A DNA stretch of 64,000 nt from Prorocentrum cordatum (taxonomy: Eukaryota), in the NCBI GenBank assembly GCA_963575745.1, contig CAUYUJ010000214.1, forward strand, positions 558,001 through 622,000, in the 5' to 3' direction. The position numbers were made by a program, and so were the translations under genes. The notes under the pieces are model-generated. The model did not search any database. It was not told the DNA's origin and was given only the letters and a program-made list of their open reading frames with translations. This document shows positions 49,720 through 61,151 of this stretch, piece by piece (within the stretch, counting starts at the first letter, position 1; every line of letters begins with the position of its first letter).

Positions 49720-50559
49720 CTGAGCAAGAGAAGTCAGCCCCGAGGTGTCAGCACTGTATGAGCAATGTGTGCTCGTCGTGTGCCTGCGGTGGATTCGCCG
49801 CCGTCTCAGCGATGCACGTGATATGCCGACCCTTCGAGCACCGCCCGCAAGGCCGTCGGAGGAGGAGGAGGAGGAGGAGGAGGACGTCACCTGTGGCACC
49901 TCTCGTCACCACCTCTTGAGGCGCTCTCGTAGGACTCCTCAGGGCTGTCGTGGGGCTGCCTAACTATCGTGCCGCAGTGTTTCTTTTTCCGAAGCTCTCG
50001 TGGGGCCCTCGGTGGGCCGTCTTGGGTCCCACTTGGCCGCCTCGGGGCAGCCTTAGGCCGTCCAGTGTCCTTCGAGAGGCAGCCTTGGCCAGCGTGGGGC
50101 CCTCTTGGGGCCCTCAGTGGTCCCCGCCTGGCCTTCGAAGACCGCGAGTGTCGACTGCGAACCCAGGGGGCCAGTGACAGGGGACAGGCTTTCTCAGAAG
50201 GCGGCGGGGCTTCTCAGACGCCCTCGCGCGTTCTGGGAAGTTTTCTAAGCCTTCTCCGAAGACCTTGGCTTTGATAGTCCCCGCTGTCTTCTGAGGAGGC
50301 ATGCCCCCGCTCACTTTCCCCACAAGCGCGCTGCCGAAAGTCGGCGGGTCTTGGGCCGAAGAGCGTGGAACACGAAACACATTCAAAATTTAGCCATGTG
50401 CAGCTGCGAGAACCGCGAAGGAGATGATACGAAGGAGGGGGGCACGCAAACCCGCGAACAGCGCACGCGGCATACCCTCTGCTCTCGTGCCGTGGGCAGC
50501 GCGCCGCGGGAAGAACGAGGCGCGGGGCAGTGCAGGCATGGGGGGAGGACAAATGGGCG

Positions 50560-51665
50560 GGACGCATGCGAACTTTCGGTGGTCCCGATAAGCCACGAAG
50601 CGTGTGAGAGGTGGGCCAAGCGAAATGGGCGGGGTGGCGGTGCGCATGCGAACGTCTCCGCTGGGGCCTTCGGTGGAGCTCCCCATGGGGATACGAGACG
50701 TGTGAAGGGTGTGCCGACATGGGTCGGTCGGGCGCATGCGAACGACGCCATTGGGGCCTGAGGTGGGGCTTCCGATAAGGCCACGACGCGTGTGAAGGGT
50801 GCGCCGACATGGGTGTGGCAGACGAATGTGGCCGCGCCCGCTGTGGCCTTTGGTGGAGCTCTCTGTAGGGGCCACGAACCGTGTGAGGGGTGCTCGAAAT
50901 GAGCGGTGCGGACGCATGGGAACGTCGCCATTGGAGCCTCAGCTGGGGTTTCCCGTGTTGCCACGGTCCGTGTGAGGGGTGTGCCACATTTGGTGGCGCG
51001 GGCGCTGGGAACGTTGCCAGTGGAGCTTTCGGTGGAGAGCTCCCTATGGGGCCACGAACCGTGTGAGGGGTGTGCCGACATGGGGTGCGTGGACGCATGG
51101 GAACGTCGCCATTGGAGCCTTAGGTTTAGCTCCCTATTGGGCCACGAGTCGTGTGAGGGGTGTGCCAACATGGGTGACGCGGATCCATGGAAACGTCGCC
51201 ACTGGTGCGGAGATCCCACTGGGGCCACGAACCGTGTGAGGGGTGTGCCGAAATGGATGGCGCGGACGCCTGGGAACGTCGCCAGTGAGGCCTGAGGTGG
51301 AGCTACGAATCGTGTGAGGGGTGTCCGTGTGCCGACATGGATGGCGCGGACGCATGGGAGCGTCGCCACTGAAGCGTCGGGTGTGAGGGGTGCGCAGGAA
51401 TGGGTGGCGTGGACGCTAGGGTCGCCATTGGAGCCTCAGGTGGAGCTCCCTGCGGGGCCACGGAGCGTGTGAGGGGTGTGCCGGAAAACTGGTGGCGCGC
51501 ACCCATGGGAACGTCGACCCTGGGGTAGGTGGAGCTCCCTCGGGCCACGAAACGTGTGAGGGGTGTGCCAAAATGGGTGGCATGATGACGATGACGATGA
51601 CGATGATGATGATGATGACGATGATGCTGGTCATGATGATGCTGCTGATGATGATGATGATTCTA

Positions 51666-51699
<34 letters not shown>

Positions 51700-51736
51700 C
51701 GATGATGATGATGAGGATGATGATGATGATGACGAC

Positions 51737-51771
<35 letters not shown>

Positions 51772-51855
51772 GTGTGATGATGATGCTGACGATGATGCTG
51801 ATGAACATGATTATGCTGATGATGATGATGATGATGCTGATGATGATGATGATGT

Positions 51856-51923
<68 letters not shown>

Positions 51924-52026
51924 GTAGGGGGAGGGAGAGGTTGGGCAGGAGGAGGAGAGGAGGGGAAGGAGACGCGGGGCGCTGTCTGTTCAAAGCGAGG
52001 ACCCAACACCACAGGATGGTTGGGAA
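50560..52026 (-). repeat. Diverged inverted copy of the 90-bp array + (GAT)n + conserved head
   Basis: ggtggagctccc...gggccacgaa.cgtgtgaggggtgtgccga units at 50560-51580; head gctgtctgttcaaagcgaggacccaacaccacaggatggttgggaa at ~51980-52026. Other copies at 33701-34420 (+) and 42965-43700 (-). Confidence 0.85.
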
Positions 52027-52174
52027 CTAAGAGGGATCATTGTTATTGTGCCATTCGGCGAGGGGCTGCTGGAGAGCTTCATAAGGGGGGGCACGGGTTC
52101 CTCTTGGAGGCCTTTTGGGACCCATCGGGACTTCTGAGAGGTTGTTGGGTGCGTCGTGAGACGATCGTGGGCTA

Positions 52175-52357
52175 CAGTTGGGGCCCTGAAGAAGGAACCC
52201 TTTTCGCTGGGGAGGGGCTCCGCGTTCCTTAAGTGTTTCACAGCTTGCCTCAGCTGTTCCTTAGGTTCCGATTGGAAATCGAAGTTTAACTCATGGAAGA
52301 GAGGGGCCTCGTTCCTTGTTTCCTTATTTAAGGTTCCTTAGGTCAGCGCCCCGACTG
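52175..52357 (+). mobile_element. Tc1/mariner-like MITE, copy 2
   Basis: TA|cagttggggccctgaagaaggaaccct ... aggttccttaggtcagcgccccgactg|TA. Confidence 0.8.
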
Positions 52358-52513
52358 TACTCGATCCCGGCCGCCTGCCTGGGCCATCTTGGAAGTCACC
52401 TGGGGCATGCTGGACGTCTTGGAGAGCGCCAGGGAGGCGTGGAGGCGGGCGTCCAGTAGTCTCCAGCATGCGAGGGGCGGCGCGTGCAGGCGGGTGCTGG
52501 GAGGGGTGGGGGG

Positions 52514-52763
52514 CTTAGTGGGCCCCGGAAACGGCAGGGCCGTTTTCTCACCGTTTCCAACAAAAATGCCGCTTGGAAGTGGAAACGGCAAAAAAAAAAA
52601 CGACCGGAAACGGCAACAAAAACGGCTCCAGGATCGGAACCGGAGCCGGAAGCGGTCAAAAAACGGCGACGGAACCGATGAAAGAACGGAGTCGGAACCG
52701 GCAAAGAAACGGCAAAGCGGAACCTGTAAAAAAGAGGCCCTGTCGTTTCCAGGGCCCACTGAG
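52514..52763. mobile_element. Mutator-like MITE with 9-bp TSD
   Basis: TIR cttagtgggccccggaaacggcagggcc / ggccctgtcgtttccagggcccactgag; perfect TSD ggtgggggg (52505-52513, 52764-52772). Confidence 0.8.
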
Positions 52764-53519
52764 GGTGGGGGGCGCAGAAGATTGCAGGAGCTTCAGAAGA
52801 CACTACGTGCCGGGGGGGGCATGGCAGTGGATGTCCCCCCGCCCCTGCTGCTGCTGCTGCTCCTTCTGCCTGCCCTCTCCCTCCCTCGCATCCCTCCTCC
52901 CCTCCACCACTAACTCAGGATGCAACACCTGGGAGGCGAGATTCAGCGCCAGCGCTGTCAAATCCGTGGTCGGAAACTTGTCTTATTTGGCATGGTGTTG
53001 TGTAATGCAGCTCAATCTCCAGCTTAATCCCAGGCGCAATCCAGCCCAATCCGGCTCAATGGCCCCCCAATCGAGCTTCGTAGCCCTCAATCGTTTTTGC
53101 GGAGGCCTCCCAGGAGTTGATTCCTAACCCACCCTCCCTTCCTCTCCATCGCTCCTCCGAAGCGGGGATTTTTCCTGATACACCTCCTGGTGAAACGATA
53201 TTCGGGGACCTCGGCAGGCGGCAGGCATGGCTTTACTCGGGGCCCCTGGAGCCTCATGTGTTTCCACACCCACCGCCCGCTGGGGCCCCAGGACGCCGTT
53301 CCCCCCAAGGCGGCGGGTATGTCTTGCTCTCGCCCGGGCTTGCGGCGCAGGCAGAGGCCATGCGAAAGGCGGCTTGAGGTCGCCGAGCCATGCGCCAGGC
53401 CGTGCCGGAGGGAGAGGGCGATTGCCTTGCGCGAGGGCGTGATCGGGGTCCTCTCCTGATCCCGGCAAGGGCTCCAGCCCAGGGCCCTCAGTGCAGCAGG
53501 GCGTCGAGCAGCAGGCGTC

Positions 53520-53935
53520 GGAACTGGACGTGGACAACTACGTGTGCGGAGAGGGGGGTCTCGAGCAGGAGTCTCGGCACGCGTGCGCTCGGCACGTGCG
53601 TGCTTCCACGTGTTTCTGGCCACGGCGGGGCCGCAGGCGAGGGGCCCAGCTCTGCCCGCCGGCATTGGATGCGTACAAATGCGTGTGCGGAGGGGGGGGG
53701 TCTCGAGCAGGAGTCTCGGCACGCGTGCGTTCGGCATCTGTTTTTGTTTCTTTATTCTTGTCTGGCCACGGCAGGGCCACGGGCGAGGGACCCAACTTAG
53801 TCCGCCGGAAGTGGACACGTGCAGCTACTTGTGCGGAGAGGGGAGGGGTCTCGAGCAGGAGCCTCGGCACGCGTGCGTGCGGCACTCGTGCTCACCTGTC
53901 TCTGCCCCTGCCGGGCCGCAGGCGAGGGGCCCAAG
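53520..53935 (+). repeat. Three tandem ~143-bp units
   Basis: gtgcggag..ggggtctcgagcaggag(t/c)ctcggcacgcgtgcg at 53544, 53685 and 53831. Confidence 0.85.
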
Positions 53936-55369
53936 CCAGCCCGCCGCATGGGATTCTCGACGCGCAGAGCTGCCCTGCGCGCAGGGCAGGGCCCACTGCG
54001 CGCGCCCGCCGCGTGCGCGCGGGGCACGTCCTCGCACGCGTCGTGTTCCACACCGCGCTCGTCGATCCCTCGCGCTTTTTGTTCCCTGGGCGGAGCGGGG
54101 AGCTCCCGAGGCGTGCCCGATGCCGCGGCCGCCCACGGGCCGCCCGCGAGGACGACATCGCCGCCGCGGCCTTCCCCGAGCGGGCCGCCAGCGCGCCCAT
54201 GGGCGAGGCGCGGCGGTTCGAAGGCGGGGTCCTGAGGGATATGGGGGGTCCTGCGGACAGGCAGGGGTCCAAGGGTGAATTCATCCATATTCTTTGACTT
54301 GGCATCGCTCGGACGTGTGCATCTTTCCTTCGGCGAGGACCATCGAGGAGCATCCTTGATCTCTTGGAGAAAAGACCACACACGAAACCGAAAAAAGCAC
54401 AGGAAATGGACGTCCGAGCGATGGCCAGTTGAGGCACGCCGTCCTCAGGACCCCATCCTTCAGGACCCCTTCCTGGGACCACCGGGAGGTGGCCCCGGCC
54501 TGGCCCAGCAGCGTCCTGGCGGCCCTGGACCGCTGGCCGCTGAAGGGGCCAGGCGCCGCGGCGACGTCGTCGGCGTCGGCTTCGTCCTGCGCCATCGTCG
54601 TCGTCGTGGTCGTCGCCGCCGTGGTCGGCGGTGTCGTCGCCGTCCTCGTCGTCCTCGTCGTCGGCGACGCCATCCTGGGCGCTCGCGGCGGCCATCCCTC
54701 TGCTGTACTTCCGCCACCTGGCTGTCCTCTTCCCCCCCTGCTCCCCCCGCATCGTCATTGCCATCCCGCCATCCCGCTTTTTCTGATTCCCGTCTTCTTT
54801 GCCATGCTCCTCCTGCCCATCCTTCCCTGTACCCGTGATCATGTCCCTCCTCGTACTCCTTGTCGTCTGCCTTCTCATCCTCCTGCTCCCTTTCTGCCTC
54901 TCCTCTCTGGAAGCCTCCGTCCGAACCCCTCTCCTTCTTGTTCTCCTCTTCCTCGTTTGCTCCCCTTCTTCCCCTTTTTCCTCCCTGTACCCCTCCTCTT
55001 CATCCCCTCCTCCCCCTCCTCATTCCCTCCCTCCTCCTGCCTCCTGCCTCCTCCTCCTTCTCCTCCTCCTCCTCCTCCTCCTCCTCCTCCTCCTCTTCCT
55101 CCACCTATCTCATCCTTGAGATCTCCAATGCCTCCTACCCCAAGCCACCCTCCTTCCCCCCTTTTTCCCTCACCCGTTATGGAAGGAGGGGCGCAAGAGA
55201 GGAGGAGGAGGAGGAGGAGGAGGAGGAGGAGGAGGAGGAGGACGAGGAGGAGGAGGAGGAGGAGATGGATTAAAGCTGGTCAAACGGTTAGCAAAGCCCC
55301 GTAGATTTACTACCGCGGGAGCGGGGCCGCGTCGGGCAGTCCCCGAGCCACACCCCACTCCTCGCACGC

Positions 55370-56800
55370 CTTGGCAGCCCAGCTGCCATTGCCTGCGTTC
55401 TGTTCTCGCACGAGTCCGGTCCAGCACTGTAGCTAAATGTGGCTCGCTCGAGGCTTAACTAGGGCTCCAGCTTTGCCCCCCCGCTTCTCGCAAACGGCTT
55501 GCCTAGAGCTCTCGACGAAATGAGCTCCAGCTTCACCCCCCCGCTTCTCGCAAGAGGCTGGCCCAGGAGCTCCCCCCTGCCATGTCGCGCCGACGCCCTC
55601 GGGGTGCACCGATCCACTGCCCCGATTGTTCGCCCCAGCACTCGCTCCGTTCTCACACCAGCTGATTCTAGCGCTGTAGCTGAAAGTGGCTCGCTCGAGA
55701 CTTGTCTTGGGCTCCAGCTTCGCCCCCCGCTTATCGCAAGAGGCTTCTCTAGAACTCTCGACGAAATTGGGCTCTAGCTTCACCCCCCGCTTCTCGCAAG
55801 AGGTTGGCCACAGAGCTCCCCCCTGCCGCTTCGCGCCGAAGCTATCGAGGTGCGCCGATCCTCTGCCCCGATTGTCGCCCTTGCACTTCTCGCACGCGCT
55901 GTTTCTAGCGGAGTTAGCTAGAAGACCATCAGGCTCTAACTTCACCTCCCCCTTCTCGCAGCAGGTTTTCTCGCAGCGGCAGCGTCCGTTGCCACTGCTT
56001 GCCCCCCTTCTCGCACGGGTCGCTCCCCGCGCTGTAGCGGATCGTGGCCCACCCGCACGCTTTGCAGCGCCAGCGTGTGTTGCCACTGCGCGCACCCTTC
56101 TCGCACGGACTGCTCCCAGCGTTGTAGCTGATCGTGGCACATCCGTTCGTGCTCGCTTTTCCCTCGATCCCAGCACTGTAGCTGATCACGTCGGGCACTA
56201 CCTTCGCCTCCCGCTTCTCGTTTCGGCGTCGGGTTTTGAGGCGGGCTCCAGCTTTGCCTTCCACTGCTCGCATAGTAGTGGTATAGGGCTAGACTAGATT
56301 GGCCTCTGGCTCCAATGTTGGGTTCCAGCTTCGCCTCCCGCCTCTTGCAGTGAGGTGTGGCATCTGACTCCCAGTGTAGCATGCCCTGATCGCCGCACTG
56401 TGACTGACGGTATCGGGCTCGACCTTCGTCGGCCACCAGCTTGGCCTCCAGCGTCGGATGCGGAGTCGGCTGTAGCTGACGGCGTTGGGCTCGACCTTCA
56501 CCATCCCGCTTCTCGCAGTGAGGTGTATGGCCTGGCTCCCGCTTCTGACCCTGAGCCCAGCGTTGTAGCTGCTGACGTCGGGCTCGTCCTTCGTCTTCTC
56601 GACGGATTGCCTACACTCTGACCGCGGCGCCGCAACTGTTGGCGCCCCGGTTTGCCAGGAGGTGGAGGAGGGGGATGAAGGAGAGGAGGAAGAAGGGGAG
56701 GAGGGGGCGGAGGGGGGGGCGCTTCCTGGGGGCTGCGCGCTCGCCTGGTCTCAGCATTACAGCTGATGACGTTGGGCTCCGCGCTGCTTCTTGACTGAGG
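55370..56800 (-). pseudogene. Degenerate pentatricopeptide-repeat (PPR) tract
   Basis: Repeated fragments EAKVVPDVISYSAGI, KVEPNAVSYS, KDEPDVSSYNAG, EVKLEPD, CEKGGKQWQRTLPL, SACEK across several frames, with many frameshifts. Confidence 0.8.
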
Positions 56801-57263
56801 CCCGGCCTCAGCATTTCTCCTTTACGGCTCGGGCGCACAACGCCACTTCGAAGTTGGCGCGCCACATCGTCCAGGAGGCCCGGTGCAGGGGAGGCGCTTG
56901 GACGCGAAATGGCTGAGGAGGATGAAGAGGAGGAGGAGGAGGAGGAGGAGGAAGGTGAGGAGGAGGAGGAGCAGCAGCAGGAGGAGCAGTGGGAGCAGGA
57001 CAAGCAGGAGGAGGAGGAGGAGGAAAAGGAGCGCAGGAGGAGGAGAAGGGAGGGGATAAGGGCCAAACGAGGGTGAGTTAATCAAATCGAGCAATGCAAA
57101 GATGAAAATAAGACGGGGAAGGAGGATGAGGAGAACGAGGATAATTAACGAAGAAGAGCCACAGGCGATGGAGAAGGAGGAGCAGCATACTGATGATAAG
57201 ATGAAACGAGTTGGGAGAGTGGTTTGGAGGAGGCAAAGGGCGGATTGGGTGGAGCAGGACGAT

Positions 57264-57298
<35 letters not shown>

Positions 57299-57315
57299 TG
57301 ATGAGGATGAGGATG

Positions 57316-57347
<32 letters not shown>

Positions 57348-59472
57348 GATGGTGGTGATGATGATGATGGTAATGGTGATGATGATGTTGATGATAATGA
57401 CGATAATGTGGTGATGTTGTGATGCTGATGATGATACTGATGGCGATGCTGCTGCTGATGATGATGATGATGATGATCATGGTGATGTTGATGCTGATGC
57501 TGCTGGTGATGATGATGATGATGATGATGATGGTGATGGTGATGTTGATGATGATGGTGATGCTATGGAGGAATAGGGAAACAATCAGATGGATGGAGTG
57601 GCGAGGATGGGGACTGCATTAGGGGCCGGGAGAGGGACGAGGAGTCAGCGGATAATGAAATGGATGCTGAAGAGGACATGATGAGCAGGTATGAACGAAG
57701 GGGAGGAGGAGGAGGACGAGGAGGAGGAGGAGGACGAGGAGAAGGAGGAGGAGGAGGAGGAGGCGGAGGAGGAGAAGGCGCGAGAAGCGAGGGGCGCGAG
57801 GAGGAACGGAGGCGCAACACGGGGAGGCAATTAGGGAAACGAATAATGACACAAACATAACAGCTCGGAGGTCCGCGCGGATTTCTCGAATCGGCGCTGG
57901 ACCCCTTGGCGCGCGGAGCGCGCCAGGGGCGGCGCAGGAGGTGCTGCCAGGGGGCCCGCGAGGTGCTGTTGATGATGATGATGATGGTGGTGATGATGAT
58001 GAGTCTGATGATGAGTCTGATGATGAGTCTGATGATGATGGTGAGGATGGTGATGATGTGATGATGTGATGATTTAATGATGTGATGGTGATGATGGTGA
58101 TGCTGATTCTGATGTTGATATTGCCGAAGATGATGATGATGATGCTGATGATGATGATGATGATGATGCTGATGATGATGATGATGATGATGTTGATGGT
58201 GATAATGATGATGATGATGGAGATGATGATGAGGATGATTCGTCTGATGGTGTTTTTGATGATGATGGTGAGGATGGTCATGACGTGATGATGTGATGAA
58301 TTCATTATGTGATGACGTGATGATGTGGAGGTGATGATGGTGATGCTGATGCTGATGCTGATGATGATGATGATGATGATGATGATGACTACGATGACGA
58401 CGACGACGATGATGATGATGATAATAATAATAATGATGATGCTGATGATGATGATGATGATAATGATGCTGATGACGATGAGGATGATGAGGATGATGAT
58501 GATGCTGCTGATGATGATGATGATGATGATGATGATCATGTTGTTGGTGGTGGTGGTGGTGATGATAATTATAATGATGATGGGCAGCAGGCGCCGTCGT
58601 GGTGGACCCGCAGTTCTTCATGCAGCGCGCCGCGGCCCTGGCATGCCGGCCCGCCTCGGGGCCCGTCCTCTTCCCCGGCGGCGCGCGCAGGCTGCGGCTG
58701 CCGAGCGCCGCGCTCGGCTGGCGGCGCGACGACAACGACGAGGCCGACGAGGCCGACGACGACGACGAGGCCGACCACGACGACGACTACGACGAGGCCG
58801 ACGACGACGAGGCCGACGAGGCCGAGGCCGACGACGTCGACGAGGACGACGACAACGAGGCCGACGACGACGACGAGGACGACGAGGCCGACGACGACGA
58901 CGACGAGGCCGACGACGACGAGGCCGACGTCGACGAGGCTGACGTTGACGACGACGAGGCCGACGACGACGAGGACGACGGCGACGACGATTCCGACGAC
59001 GGCGACGCGTCTGGCCTGGGCGAGAGCCGGGTGCGCAGGTGTCCGCACGTCTTTTTTTGCGCTCGGCCCCCGTGCGGCTCGGCAGTGCGCAGGCCTCGCG
59101 CACGTGTGTGCAGCGCGTGGTCTCCACAGGTCGCGGTGTGCCTCTACCGAGGGGAGAAGATCCCGATCTTGGCGATGGTGGTGATATTCTGGCTTCCAAG
59201 GCGACCGAAGTATTACCACCAGCGCCGAAATCCAGGATCATCTTCCCCCTGTGGAGGCAGCCCCCTGTGTTGGTGTTGGTGCCCCTTTCCAGGCTTCCAA
59301 CATGTGGGTTTCCAGCTTTCTTTGTGCGACGGCGGCGACGGCGGGGCGGCGGCGATGGCGGCGGCGCTGCGGTGACCGTCGCCACTTGGGGTGCAGCTGC
59401 CGCGCGCGCGCGCATCTCTGGGCAGGGGCTGGAGAAGGACCACGTTGCGGAGCCTGTCTTCTTCACCTGTCG

Positions 59473-59633
59473 TAAGTCGGGCGCGTCCCCCTACAGAAGG
59501 CATATTCAAAAGTAGTCCACAAATGCTCTGGGGACTATTGTTCGATTATGTTTTGACCATTTGGGGGCATTTGTTTGGAATAGTTTGTATTTTTCGTTCA
59601 GCATCCGCCTGTAGGGGGACATACCCGACCCAG
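59473..59633 (+). mobile_element. MITE family M1 copy with GT...AG ends
   Basis: taagtcgggcgcgtccccctacag ... ctgtagggggacatacccgacccag; TSD acctgtcg/agctgtcg. Confidence 0.8.
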
Positions 59634-60036
59634 AGCTGTCGAGATGCTGGCGGCAGAGTTGGCTGCCGAGCTCGAGGGAGAGAGTCGTCGGGGCCCGCGA
59701 GCCACCCGTGCACCATGGAGGTCAGATCCTCTGATGGGCCCGTAGGCGCGCTAACGGCAGTGTGGGTAAGGGCGATGTCATGTAGGTTTCGGCATTGTAG
59801 GTGGGATTGGTTCGTGACCAAGCCAGTCGTAAGACATCGTGGGTCGCGCTTTCCTGCACGTCGCTGCGTCGTGTTCGCTCGATGCGCTCGCACATCTGAA
59901 GTGTAAGACGGTGTTTTTTTTTTTTTTTGTGATTTCCTACCTTTTGTTCTGCGCGAGCTCGGCGTCACAAAAGTCCGATTCCCAACATTGGCGTTAACCA
60001 ACGTCGCCGTTAGCGCGGCCTTGGGGGCTCCAACGC

Positions 60037-60206
60037 TTAAGTTGGGCACGTCCTTCTACAGGGGCATTTCTTTTGAAAAAAAAGAAAACGTCAAACACTT
60101 GTCGAGGGACGATGTTTTGACTATTTCTGTAATGGTTTGGAGTCTGTTTAGATTATCCTTCATTTTTCGCCCAAGATCTGCCTGTAGGAGGACGTGCCCG
60201 ACCCAA
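60037..60206 (+). mobile_element. MITE family M1, copy 7
   Basis: ttaagttgggcacgtccttctacagg ... cctgtaggaggacgtgcccgacccaa; TSD tccaacgc/tcgaacgc. Confidence 0.85.
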
Positions 60207-61120
60207 TCGAACGCCCGTGGAGCATGAGGAGTCCAGATGGGCTCCAGCACCATATGGGGGAGGGGAGGGGATGGGGAGTGCTACGCCGGGGGCCTGAAGT
60301 TCATCGCCTGCCAGAGGAAGGTCTTCACCGGTCAAATGCTCAACCTGCTGCTGTCATTCGCAGTATTGGTGCGGGGAGTCGTGCACTGCAGGTAGTCTTC
60401 GCCCAGGCGCCGAGGAGGGCGTTTGGGAGAGGTGCTGGCAGGTCAATCCCGACAGTGCCCTCTCGAGAGCGCATCTGCGGACTCCTGGACACCAACCGGG
60501 GGGTCTGTGCACACATTTGGGCCGCTCTGTGCTTGCCGTGCCCGTGGCTTCTGCCGGCGACGTGTGGACAATGGTAAGGTTGCTTGCCTCATGGGCCAGA
60601 CAGCGCCCTGGAGCTGGCTTGGGCCGAGGGCGGCCGGAGAGTGTGAGTGCAATTTGATCGTCGAAGCCAGGATGATGTATTCGGTTGCCGTGCAGCAGCT
60701 TGAGACGTCCCTACGTCAGGATGGCACGCATGATTGGACCGATGTTGCAGGGTAGATCCCGACCTCGATTGGAGCACCGGTCCCATGGAGGTGGCCCCAC
60801 AGGCTGTTCAATACGTTCGTCGATTATGCCGCAGACGAGGCGTTGGACCAGAGGGCAGCAGCCATCATGAGGGTCCTCGGAGTCCAATGTAGATGTCTTG
60901 AGAACCGATTTTTGTTTGTGGCTCTCTTGATGCTCTCTGCGTGGAGTTGTGGGGTCCTCTGAGGGCCTCTTGGATCAATTATTTAATCTAGAGGCTGCTC
61001 CCGTTAGGTCAATCTTGCTTTTCCTCTGCATGAGTCCTCCTTGCGCCCCGCGCCGCGCATCCGCCTCTGAGTCTGCGCCGAGCCGAGAGGTGGACGAGGG
61101 GGGAGGAGAAGGACGATGAC

Positions 61121-61151
<31 letters not shown>

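Noticed and set aside
60260..60870. Unique coding-like sequence (possible exon or retroelement endonuclease relic)
   Set aside because: No recognisable motif, and neither strand nor frame could be fixed.
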